IMG/VR virus record: IMGVR_UViG_3300025715_000012
Span: 64,001-128,000 of that record
Length of the DNA stretch: 64,000 bases
Origin: a virus
Taxonomy: Duplodnaviria > Caudoviricetes
Strand: one strand, 5' to 3'
Notes under the pieces: model-generated
What the model was told of the DNA's origin: nothing
The model's database searches: none
What the model saw: the letters and a program-made list of their open reading frames with translations, nothing else
In this document: positions 1-10,694 of the stretch, piece after piece
Numbering within the stretch: the first letter of the stretch is position 1
Layout: every line of letters begins with the position of its first letter
Program-made: the position numbers and the translations under genes

Positions 1-1848
1 TATACCAGAAGAAGCTGTTCCTACAGCGTTTAGATATTTTATAGATGATGTTGTGCCCCCAGTAAATCTAACTTTTCTTCCAGGATCTATCTTTATTTCA
101 TTGATGATATTTCCATCTTCCATATCGAAATATCCTGTATGATTTCCAGAGAACCAGATATTATTTAATTTGTATCCGCTGGCATACCCCATAGATAAAA
201 TATAATTCGATGAAGTGGATGTAGGTTCAAATTTTATAGTAGAGTTACCCTCATTAAAAAGCATATAAGCCCCACAATAAAAATCCCTTTGAACTTTTAT
301 TGTGCCAGACCTAGCATAAATTTGCCCATTTTGACAATAGCTGACAGAGAAAGAAAGACAACTCAAATTATAATTATTGAAGTCTATGTTGTATAAAGAA
401 TCATTACCACCTGCTCCAAAACCACCCAGTAATGTTGTGTCACTTAAAAACACAAATCCACCATAACTTAGATAGATAGAATAATGAGTTTTATTGTATG
501 TGTTAATATTAGCTGTTGATCTATTATAGAAATAATACACATAATTACCACTTGGAGTAATATTATCTCCAAGTATGTAATCGCCAAAACAAGTTGCATT
601 ATTTACTGTTGTTGCCGTAATCGGAAAGGTTACACCAGACATATTGAGATTTCTTCCTAGACAACCACAATTTATTGTTAAAGTGCATCCAGTTATAAAA
701 GAATTTTCATCAAAAATAACATCATCTTGTGGAAGAGGAACTCTTCCTGGTATGACTCCATTAGTGTTCAGGTACCAGTTGTATGAATCTGACCACAAAG
801 CTGTTGTGCCCGTCGTATAAAAGTATTGAGTTTGACCAGATGTGAATGTTATACCAGAATTATTGTATTGATCGCCAGCTCCACCTGGTATATTTGATAG
901 ATCAAATATAGTTTCACCAGATAAATAAATATCTCGAAAATCTACATTAGCAGAATCAACATTATTTGTTGTAATTTTATACTGTGTTCCAAGAGATGAT
1001 GAATAAATTAACAATCTATTCGTAGTTGAATTATATCCTTTTATTGTAAGTGTGTCATAAATTGTTATATTTGGAAAACCGTATTCTCCTATACTTAATC
1101 CTCCACTTGATGTAGTAGTTTTATTGATCGTGACGTTATTGAAAGTACAATTTCCCCAAATTGAATAATTGTTAGCTATAACATTATAATAATTAGCAGA
1201 TGATAAATAACTACCTCCTCCAGAACCACCTGTTGTTTCTATGGTTGAAGTGCCTGGTATAATTGTCCATCCGCCATGACCATATATCGCGCCTACTAAA
1301 ATATAAGAAGAACCGAATGATAAAGTTCTGGTTCCGGTAATACCTAATGTACTTATAGTCCCAAGTGTAATATTTTTACTATTTGTATTCCAAGTGCCAT
1401 TTACTGGCAATAATGTTGTTGAGTTTGATGTCCAATTGTCTTGATTTACCCATGTTCCGCCTGAATTATCCATGTATATTCTATTCCAGTAAGATGTGTT
1501 TCCACTACTAGTTATCCACTGCATGTCACTAGCTTTTAAATATAAGTATCCAGTACTAGCGAAACTCGTACTTAATTTTTCTGATAAGAATAACGATCCA
1601 TATACATTTAGATTGTAAGACGAATTAACCAGGTTAACGCTCTGATTTATACCTGTCCAGATAAAATCATTACAATTGGCTTCAGAGTTTATTGTTACAG
1701 TAGAAGTCCCTGTAAAACTCAAATTATTAAAATAGACTGAATCGCCCGATGTCGGCACAGTTGCTCCACTGACACCGCCAGATGTCTCACTCCAATGACT
1801 AGAATCGTTCCAGTTGCCGCTATCATTTATCCAATATCTATTACTCAT
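1..1848 (-). CDS. Large Ser/Thr/Gly/Asn-rich beta-structured protein, probable tail fibre or virion surface protein (3' partial; absent from the ORF track)
   Basis: ATG at 1848 opens MSNRYWINDSGNWNDSSHWSETSGG...VPTSGDSVYF, with a second copy of the repeat (WSDSYNW...VPLPQDDVIFDENSF). The frame stays open to base 1. Confidence 0.7.
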   Translation of the reverse strand, partial: MSNRYWINDSGNWNDSSHWSETSGGVSGATVPTSGDSVYFNNLSFTGTSTVTINSEANCNDFIWTGINQSVNLVNSSYNLNVYGSLFLSEKLSTSFASTGYLYLKASDMQWITSSGNTSYWNRIYMDNSGGTWVNQDNWTSNSTTLLPVNGTWNTNSKNITLGTISTLGITGTRTLSFGSSYILVGAIYGHGGWTIIPGTSTIETTGGSGGGSYLSSANYYNVIANNYSIWGNCTFNNVTINKTTTSSGGLSIGEYGFPNITIYDTLTIKGYNSTTNRLLIYSSSLGTQYKITTNNVDSANVDFRDIYLSGETIFDLSNIPGGAGDQYNNSGITFTSGQTQYFYTTGTTALWSDSYNWYLNTNGVIPGRVPLPQDDVIFDENSFITGCTLTINCGCLGRNLNMSGVTFPITATTVNNATCFGDYILGDNITPSGNYVYYFYNRSTANINTYNKTHYSIYLSYGGFVFLSDTTLLGGFGAGGNDSLYNIDFNNYNLSCLSFSVSYCQNGQIYARSGTIKVQRDFYCGAYMLFNEGNSTIKFEPTSTSSNYILSMGYASGYKLNNIWFSGNHTGYFDMEDGNIINEIKIDPGRKVRFTGGTTSSIKYLNAVGTASSGI

Positions 1849-1856
1849 TCAAAATT

Positions 1857-2225
1857 TTACATTCTACTATTGTCATAAAATCCCAATTCCTCGCCAAAAC
1901 ATAATGTGCTCGTATTTGTATCATAAACAACAAAATATAAGCTTTTATTTTCACCGTTTTCATCAGGCATCAATCTCCATTTCATTGGATCATCACTATT
2001 ATCAACATTATTTTTTACTCTATCTATTATCTCACCCATAGATAATTTTTTCATATCATCGCCCGTGAATAAACTATTCATTTCATATTTTGAATCTAAG
2101 TCTTCGAGCAAATGATTGGGGTCGGGCTCATAATTCTCCATAACTTTAACTGAAAAGTCAATATTGTCCAAATCAATGACATCGTTTTGTAAACAATAAT
2201 AATAATCTTTGTAAATTGTTGTCAT
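1857..2225 (-). CDS. Hypothetical protein, possibly fibre-associated
   Basis: 122-aa ORF directly upstream of and co-oriented with the fibre-like gene. Confidence 0.55.
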   Translation of the reverse strand: MTTIYKDYYYCLQNDVIDLDNIDFSVKVMENYEPDPNHLLEDLDSKYEMNSLFTGDDMKKLSMGEIIDRVKNNVDNSDDPMKWRLMPDENGENKSLYFVVYDTNTSTLCFGEELGFYDNSRM

Positions 2226-2301
2226 ATATTTTTCATTTCTTTTTTTAAAAAAACTTGAATAAATTTTTTAATATATATATATTAAAAAAAATAGGGTCCT
2301 T

Positions 2302-3516
2302 GTGATGATTAATGATTATCCAAATTTTGTGATGAATGAAAATTTAAAAAAAGATCTCAAAAAACTTTTAACAAACATAAAATCTTATTTCAAAGATTAT
2401 GATGATATTGAAGTTTTGAAAAATAAACTTATAAAGTTTTTAAATAACTATAAACAGAAAGTTATATCTGGCGAGATAAAAAAAATAGATGATAATTTTA
2501 TTAAAGAGCTCGCAACAGAAATCGATAAAGAAACCATTGAAGCTTTAAATATAGATGTTTTTTTTAGAGGTATAAATAATATGCTTTTAAAGAAAAAAGA
2601 TAAAAAAATAGATAAATATTTTGATGATTATATAGATACTATACCAAAAAGAGTGGAAACATTGTATAACTCGGAGCAAGATATTGATATAACTGATGTT
2701 GATACAGAAGATATTTATTATGATCCATATTTGGGGGATAAAGAATTCGCCGAGTGGAAAAAGGCTGTTTCAAAAGCTCCAAGATTTCGTGTTAAAAGAA
2801 AAAGATTTGAAATAGAAAAAATTAGTTTACAAGTCGAACTATTGAAACTAAGAGATTGGTTACAAGAAAATAATAAAAAAGTGATTGTACTATGTGAGGG
2901 TCGGGACGCTGCGGGAAAGGGATCTTTTATTAGGACTGTCACAGAAAATTTACAACCACAGTCTTTCAGAATAAATACCTTTGGTATACCAACTGAACAC
3001 GAAAAAGAGCATTGGTTTGAAAGATATGAAAAAGTTCTTCCAACCGCAACACAACAGTTTGCTTTTTATGATCGTAGTTGGTACAATCGTGCTGTTACCG
3101 AGCCAGTTATGGGATATTGTACTCAAGAACAATACGAGCAATTTATGAAAGATGTTCTTCCATTTGAATATAAATTAATTGATAGTGGATATTATTTATT
3201 TAAATTTTGGTTCTCAATAACAAAAGAGACTCAGCACATAAGATTTGAATTGAGGAAAACAAGTCCAGTAAAATATTGGAAATTTTCACCAAATGATGCT
3301 CTTTCTATGAATAAATGGGATGCTTACACAGCTTATAAAGAAGAAATGTTTTACAAGACATCTACTGAAAAATCTCCTTGGGTAGCTGTCGATTCTAACG
3401 AAAAAAGATTATCAAAATTAAATGCTTTAAGATATATGCTTCGTCAAATACCATACGAAAATAAAAAAGAAGAAATATTGGATGTTTATCCAGAGATAGT
3501 TTTTCCAATTATATAA
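2302..3516 (+). CDS. ppk2: Polyphosphate kinase 2 with about 150-aa N-terminal extension
   Basis: EGRDAAGKG Walker A, YDRSWYNRA, KYWKFSPND, W..Y..YKEEMF..TST..SPW motifs. Confidence 0.93.
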   Translation: MMINDYPNFVMNENLKKDLKKLLTNIKSYFKDYDDIEVLKNKLIKFLNNYKQKVISGEIKKIDDNFIKELATEIDKETIEALNIDVFFRGINNMLLKKKDKKIDKYFDDYIDTIPKRVETLYNSEQDIDITDVDTEDIYYDPYLGDKEFAEWKKAVSKAPRFRVKRKRFEIEKISLQVELLKLRDWLQENNKKVIVLCEGRDAAGKGSFIRTVTENLQPQSFRINTFGIPTEHEKEHWFERYEKVLPTATQQFAFYDRSWYNRAVTEPVMGYCTQEQYEQFMKDVLPFEYKLIDSGYYLFKFWFSITKETQHIRFELRKTSPVKYWKFSPNDALSMNKWDAYTAYKEEMFYKTSTEKSPWVAVDSNEKRLSKLNALRYMLRQIPYENKKEEILDVYPEIVFPII

Positions 3517-3527
3517 AAAAATAGAGA

Positions 3528-4010
3528 ATGATAAAAAGGTTTAAAATTTTTGAACAACAACGAGAAGAAGATTTAGATGATCCTTGGGGAGAAGAAAAGA
3601 AAGTATCATTATTACCTGATTATTGGATAATTCATATTGAAGATGTGGAAGATATATTGGATGGTTTCGAAAACTTATTTGTCAATTCACTTCATTTACA
3701 TTTCTATACTGTTAATGATTATTGTGATGATGACAATTATAACGTTATAATATCTGACGCAAATTTAAATGGTGTTCAAATTGAAAAAATTTGCAAAAAT
3801 GATGGCAAATATGATGAGACAGATTATGTTTTTATAAAATGTGAAGATTTTAATGATATGATAGGCCTTTTTAATGATGCCATAGAACATTATGGGTTTC
3901 ACTTATATGAGGACATAGATGTGAATGGTGCGAAATTTATCGTTTCAAAAGAACCTTTGAGCGAAGAAGCTATATTACAAATATTAGATTATGAAGATGA
4001 AAATTACTAA
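3528..4010 (+). CDS. Hypothetical protein with CTS-like leader and DDPWGEE tag
   Basis: MIKRFKIFEQ...DLDDPWGEE. Confidence 0.7.
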   Translation: MIKRFKIFEQQREEDLDDPWGEEKKVSLLPDYWIIHIEDVEDILDGFENLFVNSLHLHFYTVNDYCDDDNYNVIISDANLNGVQIEKICKNDGKYDETDYVFIKCEDFNDMIGLFNDAIEHYGFHLYEDIDVNGAKFIVSKEPLSEEAILQILDYEDENY

Positions 4011-4051
4011 TTCCAAATATCACATATATTTTCCTTTTTGAATTTTATCTC

Positions 4052-4516
4052 TTAACCCAAAAAAACTATTGTGTTTCTTATTCTAGCAGCATTTTCATAA
4101 TCCTCAGCCAAAACATATTTATTCATTTTTTCTTTTAAATAGCCTAGTTGTATTCCAACTATCTCAGGATCTTCATATTTATAGTTTTCCAAAAGATCTT
4201 CAAATATTCTTTGGAAATTTTTATACTCTTTTATCATCAGATCATAAAAGTTATTATTCACCATTTCACTTAAAAAATTATTAAATTCCTCCTCAATACT
4301 TCTAGTTTTATCATATATTTGATAAGCATCTATCATTAATAGATCGATTGGATGAATTCTTGTATCTAACTGAGTCTTACTTAATTCATAAGTTTGAGCT
4401 TGTTCTAATAAATTCTGATATTTAAAATTTGTGTCATTACCACTAGTCATAAATGTCCACATCTTAACCCAATATAATAAAGTTAAAAAATCATCTATGT
4501 CTACACAACTTTTCAT
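4052..4516 (-). CDS. Hypothetical protein with C-terminal UVR (UvrB/UvrC) motif
   Basis: LKEKMNKYVLAEDYENAARIRNTI. Confidence 0.65.
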   Translation of the reverse strand: MKSCVDIDDFLTLLYWVKMWTFMTSGNDTNFKYQNLLEQAQTYELSKTQLDTRIHPIDLLMIDAYQIYDKTRSIEEEFNNFLSEMVNNNFYDLMIKEYKNFQRIFEDLLENYKYEDPEIVGIQLGYLKEKMNKYVLAEDYENAARIRNTIVFLG

Positions 4517-4749
4517 ATTATTTTTATATTAAAAAATATATGGAGTTTAAAAGAATTACATTGCATTAATGAATAATTTCTAAGGATTCGTCATGCCTTG
4601 CAAATATCCTGAAACATATGCCATTATAACTGATGGAGTTTCATGCCCACTTGTATGAAAAACGACTCTCCCTCTTATTGAAATTTCACCATAAAGCCCA
4701 TTATATTTGACAGAAAATGTTGGAGATATTTTTTTTTATTTTTTTTTTA

Positions 4750-5901
4750 CTATAAGACTCCAAGTACATTGGTTGATTTCACATAAAACGTGTCGAAATA
4801 TGGGTGATCTGCTGGTACACTATTTTTTAAAGTCACTGTAGTAGATTTAATTTTTCTTCTATCGTCGCCGTTATAAGTAAGCCAACCGTTTTTTAAAGCG
4901 AAGTTTTTCATAATTTGAGTTTTCGCCCCATTTATAGAATATATTCTATCCATATAAATCCTTCCATCATCTAAATTCCAAACAAGAGCCCTGGCAACCA
5001 ATTCATCATTTTCTATTAAAACCGCTAACGCTATTTTATCTGGATTATTGCCATATGTCCTTTGTATTCTAGATCGAAGACCTTTATACCTCATACAGGA
5101 ATTATTTAAAGAACCGCCTCCACTTTTATATCTACTTTCGTCATACCAATAAGCTATTTCTTCTCCTTTAACTATTTTGACTTTTTTTTCTTTTAATAAC
5201 TCATCCATTCTAGCTCTATATAAATCAACCAATTTTTCAATATCAGCTTCAGAATAATCTTTATTTAATTTCCTAAGAACTCTACCGACCCTAGATGATT
5301 GGCGATACCTTTCTTTATCTTCAGCTTTTACTCTTCTCGCTGGAATAAATGTAACATAAGTTGTAGGGTCTTCTTTTTGTATATCTATTGATGTTATGTC
5401 TAAATATTTTTCCTTCACTTCAAACTTAATCGACTTTAAAACTGATTTAAAAATTTGACTTGCTGTATATGGAATGAGTTCACCGGATTCTACTCTTTTT
5501 TTAATATCGAGATAGTCGCTCGTTAAAATTTCAACAAAATTTAGTTGTCCTGGCACTAATGATATCTCTTTTACCTTTTCGATTTCTACTCTATGATCAT
5601 ATCGCTGCCAATAATACGGTAGCATTTTTTTCAAATCTGGCGAAGACTCAACATATCCCCTTTGATACACTATTTTTTTTATTTCTACTGGCTCATCAAG
5701 TTCGACTTTTATTTCTTTTTGAGAATAATAACTGCTATTATCCACTAAAATTTTTTTGACTACACCAGTTTTACCCTTTAATTTCGTTAAACAGTCCAGT
5801 ATAGATACATTGGCAGTGAAAATGATTTTATCACCTACTTTAATATCAGCTATCTTAATTTCTTCATTTATAAAATCGAAATTGCTATAATTCAACAACA
5901 T
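4750..5901 (-). CDS. Phage protein, SCM/RALVW/DRIY/PYxD family, paralog 1
   Basis: GSLNNSCMRY, ARALVWN, YMDRIY, PYFDTF; CTS-like start (NFDFINEE). Confidence 0.75.
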   Translation of the reverse strand: MLLNYSNFDFINEEIKIADIKVGDKIIFTANVSILDCLTKLKGKTGVVKKILVDNSSYYSQKEIKVELDEPVEIKKIVYQRGYVESSPDLKKMLPYYWQRYDHRVEIEKVKEISLVPGQLNFVEILTSDYLDIKKRVESGELIPYTASQIFKSVLKSIKFEVKEKYLDITSIDIQKEDPTTYVTFIPARRVKAEDKERYRQSSRVGRVLRKLNKDYSEADIEKLVDLYRARMDELLKEKKVKIVKGEEIAYWYDESRYKSGGGSLNNSCMRYKGLRSRIQRTYGNNPDKIALAVLIENDELVARALVWNLDDGRIYMDRIYSINGAKTQIMKNFALKNGWLTYNGDDRRKIKSTTVTLKNSVPADHPYFDTFYVKSTNVLGVL

Positions 5902-5922
5902 TTAAAAATTTTATTTTTTTTT

Positions 5923-7452
5923 TTAATACTCATCCCTATTATTTGATAGTACCACAGACGTTTCTTTATAATCTTTATAATAAAATGTGTCTAAATAGGG
6001 GAAGTTTAATTTCTCACCTTTTTTTATTGGGGATAATGTTACTTGAATTTTTCCGCTAACACCTTCACTTCTAACAATCATACCATTTTGATGAGCAAAT
6101 TTTATAAACTTCAATTCATCTGGATATCTAACAGTATAAACTCTATCCATATAAACTCTTCCGTCATCCAAATTCCAAACCAAAGCTCTCCCTACAATTT
6201 TATCACCTTTACTATTTTTCATTATAGCGAGGCCTATTTTATCTGGAAATCTATCATATACATCCTTTATGAGGTATTGAGATCCACTACCACACATACA
6301 AGAGCTATTTAACGAACCACCACCGCTTTCATATCGAGTATTTAGGTACCAATATGAAATATCTTTGCCTCTTACGATCTCAATATTAACTGGTTTTTTC
6401 ATTTCTTCTATTTCAGCCCTAAATTTATTTGAAAAATCTTCAATGTCTTTTTCTGTTAAAAATGAATTCAATTTTCTTAGAACTCGACCCACCCTTGTTC
6501 TCTGTCTATATTTTTCTTTATCAGCGGCTTTATGCCTTCTAGCTGGTATAAATGTTAAATAAGCTGGATCCTCATCTAGATCGATATCAGTTATGTCGAA
6601 ATATGCTCCATACATAGAATATTCACTTCTTATAGAAAATCTTATAGCATTAATAATATAATTTACAGCTGTCGAAGATCTATATTGAGCTATTTCACCA
6701 GATTTTAATTCTTTATCAAATGAAAAATAATTTGAATATGTTTTAGCGTACGCTTTTACTTGTTCTGGTTTCAGTTCAAAATTTAATTTAGCTAAAACCT
6801 CTTCTATCGTACCACGTTCAACATTATCATTTGGAGATTTTGGATCATATTTATCAGAAGGAACATAAGTTATATATTTTTCTGGTTCTTCTTTATCCTC
6901 ATTCAGCTCTGTTATTTCAAAATATTGATGACCGTCTTTAGAAAGAGGATCTTTTAAGCCAACAACTCTGAAACCAATTCTATCTAATGTGTTTTTTAAT
7001 TTCGAGCTAGATTTAAACTTTAAAAGTTTGCCGTCTCTTATGTCTTTAATATCTTTTTTATATTTTTTAAAGGCTTCGATAACACTTTCTATTTCAGACT
7101 TTTTATAATATTCTTTTGTAAAAAGTTTTCTCAAAACACTTTCGCCATCTTCAAATATTCTATATCTTTTTAAAATTTTCTCGCTAGGTATCAATAAATT
7201 TGCTGGCATATAAGAAAGATTTTCTATGTTCTCGGGGTCGTTATCAAAACGAGAAAACTCTAAAAACATTTTCTTGTTCCAAGGAGTTTCTATTTGCAAT
7301 CTATAATTTCTTATCAAATTGTTTATAACTTCACGAGCGCCATTTCTTACTTGACACGCCACTATTTCATTTTTTTCAATTCTCTCTTTTTCTTCTTCTT
7401 CCTTACTCTCTTTTAGAGATGTTGAGAAATTCTTAAAATCTTTTATCGACAT
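5923..7452 (-). CDS. Phage protein, SCM family, paralog 2
   Basis: GSLNSSCMC, GRALVWN, YMDRVY, PYLDTF; leader MSIKDFKNF. Confidence 0.75.
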   Translation of the reverse strand: MSIKDFKNFSTSLKESKEEEEKERIEKNEIVACQVRNGAREVINNLIRNYRLQIETPWNKKMFLEFSRFDNDPENIENLSYMPANLLIPSEKILKRYRIFEDGESVLRKLFTKEYYKKSEIESVIEAFKKYKKDIKDIRDGKLLKFKSSSKLKNTLDRIGFRVVGLKDPLSKDGHQYFEITELNEDKEEPEKYITYVPSDKYDPKSPNDNVERGTIEEVLAKLNFELKPEQVKAYAKTYSNYFSFDKELKSGEIAQYRSSTAVNYIINAIRFSIRSEYSMYGAYFDITDIDLDEDPAYLTFIPARRHKAADKEKYRQRTRVGRVLRKLNSFLTEKDIEDFSNKFRAEIEEMKKPVNIEIVRGKDISYWYLNTRYESGGGSLNSSCMCGSGSQYLIKDVYDRFPDKIGLAIMKNSKGDKIVGRALVWNLDDGRVYMDRVYTVRYPDELKFIKFAHQNGMIVRSEGVSGKIQVTLSPIKKGEKLNFPYLDTFYYKDYKETSVVLSNNRDEY

Positions 7453-7518
7453 ATTTTTCTAATATTTTTTACAAATTTAAACATTTTAATTATATATAAA
7501 TTAAAAAATTTTATTTTT

Positions 7519-9597
7519 TTAATAGTTGGTTAAAACGTATTTTTTATATTCTTTTCTTTTCGAAAAAGAGTCTAGATATGGAAAATTTATATCAGAATTA
7601 TCTTCATTTGGAAGAGTTACTGTTAATTTTTTTTTCGTTTCATCTCTTATCAACATTTTATTGTCTTTAGCAAACTCTGTAAACTTATATACATCATGAC
7701 TTTTTACAGTATATATTCTATCCATATATAACTCACCACTATCTGTTTTCCAAACAACAGCTCTACCTTTTAATTTTTCCCCATCTTTTGTCAATAATAT
7801 GGCGAGTGATATTTTATCAGGATATCTATCATATATCTTCACTCTTGGTTGTGTTTCTTTATATCTCATACACGAATTATTTAACGAGCCACCTTCTTTT
7901 AAATATCTGTCTTGTAGATACCAATAAGATATATCGCTGCCATTAACTAGTTTTATATCAGCTGGTTCTAATAGATCATCCACTCGTGATTTGAATTTTT
8001 CACTAAATTTTTCAATTTCAGCTTCAGTATATCTTATACTTAATTTTCTCATCACTCTACCAGCTTTGGATGATTGACGATATCTTTCTTTGTTTTCATC
8101 ATAACTTCTACGAGCAGGTATAAAAGTAATATTACTACTATTTGTTCTATCTATATCTAGATCGGTTATATCAAAATATGTAAAAATTCTTTCATCATTC
8201 AATACACCACTGCTTTTACTGATCAAAAAATTTAAACCATTGAAAATGTCTCTTATAGTAGTCGAGCATTTATATAGTGCTAACATTTTTTTGTCCAATT
8301 TATCATAGAAATCAAAAGCATATTTATATCCCTTTATCAAATCGGTTAAACCTTCAGAAAAATATGTTTTTGAATTAAATTTTTCTTCCGTAATTGTTGT
8401 ATCATCTATTATTAATAATTTAAAAACATTTTCCAATGTATCTGTTTCTCTATATGTTTCAGAGTTTCTAAGTTTAGCATATTTAGCTGACACATATGAT
8501 AATTTGTTTGGATCGTTTTCAACAGTTTTTACATTTGTTATTTTTCGATAATTTTTTCTAATAAAATTACATTTAGTGAAATCTGATCCAATTTTTGCAA
8601 ACGCTTTTGAACAAATTGTGTTTCCGAATATCATTTTTTCAAAATTTCTATCAAAATGACATTCTACATACTCATTGGATGCAATTTTTTCTAACATTTT
8701 TATGTGTTTTGAATAATCTTCTATTGTCTTTTTTCTAACTCTTTCAGGTGTATAATATAAGATTTTATTAATAACATCTTCATAATTTTCAGATATTCTA
8801 TTTTTTTCTTTTACTACGGTTGGAGCGTTGGCATAAATGACATTAATATATGTTAATTTATTCACATCTTTTTCATCTAAATCAAAATTAGTTTGTTCGA
8901 TTTTATATGAGGCATCTATTTGAAAATATGTAATATATCTCAATCTTTCACTAATAATTGGTTGCCTCCTGTTTGGATTCTGATCTTGTGATGTTGCCCA
9001 ATAATAATATCTTCTTAATACATTTTGTTTATCATAATTTTCATCAAGAATTCCATCAAAAAATTCTTCAATTCTATACTCTCTTCGATATTTTTCTTTT
9101 TCTATTTCTGTAAAATATTTGTCATATGGTATAGCTGTTATTTTCATTGGATCAGTGGAGGATTTATCAATGGAGGTAAAAGGAAGAAATTTATTGACAA
9201 TTTTTAAATCCAACTTATATAAAATAAAAGCTAAGTTGCGGTCAGCCACAAATATAGATTCATTAGCCAACATACACTTTCCAATTTTATTTTCTAAAAT
9301 ATCATTCAAAAATTTTGTATCACTTCCAACTTTATCGACATTTTTTAATTGTCTGCTATTTAATGTGATATCGATTCCACGTTTTAACATAAGTATTCCC
9401 AACTCTTGACATCTCGTTATGGGATCATCTTTTATTTTACGTGTCACTATTCCTTTTTCATTACGAAAATTATGATAACCGCCACTGAATCTTCCATTCA
9501 ATTTCAGAATGTCACCTGGATTGATCCCGTCTATTTTTGCTTCATTTAAAATAAATCCTTTATATTTTAACAAACTATTATTTGGCATATTAAACAT
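7519..9597 (-). CDS. Phage protein, SCM family, paralog 3
   Basis: GSLNNSCMRY, GRAVVWK, YMDRIY, PYLDSF; repeated internal units. Confidence 0.75.
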   Translation of the reverse strand: MFNMPNNSLLKYKGFILNEAKIDGINPGDILKLNGRFSGGYHNFRNEKGIVTRKIKDDPITRCQELGILMLKRGIDITLNSRQLKNVDKVGSDTKFLNDILENKIGKCMLANESIFVADRNLAFILYKLDLKIVNKFLPFTSIDKSSTDPMKITAIPYDKYFTEIEKEKYRREYRIEEFFDGILDENYDKQNVLRRYYYWATSQDQNPNRRQPIISERLRYITYFQIDASYKIEQTNFDLDEKDVNKLTYINVIYANAPTVVKEKNRISENYEDVINKILYYTPERVRKKTIEDYSKHIKMLEKIASNEYVECHFDRNFEKMIFGNTICSKAFAKIGSDFTKCNFIRKNYRKITNVKTVENDPNKLSYVSAKYAKLRNSETYRETDTLENVFKLLIIDDTTITEEKFNSKTYFSEGLTDLIKGYKYAFDFYDKLDKKMLALYKCSTTIRDIFNGLNFLISKSSGVLNDERIFTYFDITDLDIDRTNSSNITFIPARRSYDENKERYRQSSKAGRVMRKLSIRYTEAEIEKFSEKFKSRVDDLLEPADIKLVNGSDISYWYLQDRYLKEGGSLNNSCMRYKETQPRVKIYDRYPDKISLAILLTKDGEKLKGRAVVWKTDSGELYMDRIYTVKSHDVYKFTEFAKDNKMLIRDETKKKLTVTLPNEDNSDINFPYLDSFSKRKEYKKYVLTNY

Positions 9598-9637
9598 TAT
9601 ATATTTTTAACTATATATAAAATAAAAAAATTAAAAA

Positions 9638-10642
9638 ATGAATTATAATGAAGATCTTTATAAAATCTTAGAGTTAGATAAAAATGCTACAGAAGAAAGT
9701 ATTAAAAAAAATTATAGAAAACTTTCAAAAAAGCATCATCCAGACATCAATAAATCAGGTGAGGACGAAGAATTTAAAAAAATATCATCCGCCTATGAAG
9801 TCCTTTCAGACAAGAATAAAAAGTCAGAATATGATAGAATGTCTCCTTATGGAAAAGATTATAATCCAGCAAATAGTTTTTTTGGTGGCGGGATGGGCGG
9901 TTTTGGTTCGGTTTTCGGATTCGATCCATTTGGTGGAGGAGGAGATCCATTTGATTTTATGAACAGGGTATTTAATAGAAGAGATGAATTTATAGAAAAC
10001 CTTGATATTCAATTAAATATAAATGTAACTCTAAAAGAAATCTACAATAATGAAAATATTAAAATAGTATATGATCATCAAGTTCAATGTGACGAATGCG
10101 GTTTTACAGGATTTGATCAAAATAGTGAATCGTATAGTTGTGATGTGTGTGATGGAAAGGGAACGGATGGATTTACAAAATGTAAATATTGTGGAGGAAC
10201 AGGTAAAATCCACACTGGAACTTGTAAAAAATGTAATGGGGATAAAGTGATATTCAAAAGAGAAGAATTTGCTCTGACTAGCTCGTTTAGAATAAATAGT
10301 AGCTCAGTAAAATATTTTAGATCTATGGGTCATCAATCCAGATATTATTCTACTAAGGTCGGAACTCTGATAATTAATATAAATTTTTTGGATGATAATA
10401 GATATGTGAGAAGAGGAAGTGATTTAATTCATAAACTGGATCTCCATTTTCAACGAGCCATAGATGGATATATTTTTGATTACGAGCATCTTGATGGAAA
10501 AAAATATTCTGTTTCCATACCGCCGAAAACAAAAGATGGTGATTTATTAAAAATGAGAGAGAAGGGGTTAATGATTAGCGAAAAGCAAAGAGGCGACTTG
10601 ATTTTTAACATAAATATAATTATAGACTACGATTTGTTCTAA
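9638..10642 (+). CDS. dnaJ: DnaJ co-chaperone
   Basis: J domain with HPD, G/F-rich linker, CxxCxGxG zinc-finger repeats, C-terminal domain. Confidence 0.92.
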   Translation: MNYNEDLYKILELDKNATEESIKKNYRKLSKKHHPDINKSGEDEEFKKISSAYEVLSDKNKKSEYDRMSPYGKDYNPANSFFGGGMGGFGSVFGFDPFGGGGDPFDFMNRVFNRRDEFIENLDIQLNINVTLKEIYNNENIKIVYDHQVQCDECGFTGFDQNSESYSCDVCDGKGTDGFTKCKYCGGTGKIHTGTCKKCNGDKVIFKREEFALTSSFRINSSSVKYFRSMGHQSRYYSTKVGTLIININFLDDNRYVRRGSDLIHKLDLHFQRAIDGYIFDYEHLDGKKYSVSIPPKTKDGDLLKMREKGLMISEKQRGDLIFNINIIIDYDLF

Positions 10643-10694
10643 AAATGAATAAAAAATAATAATATATAAGAATAAAAAAAATAATTATATAACT

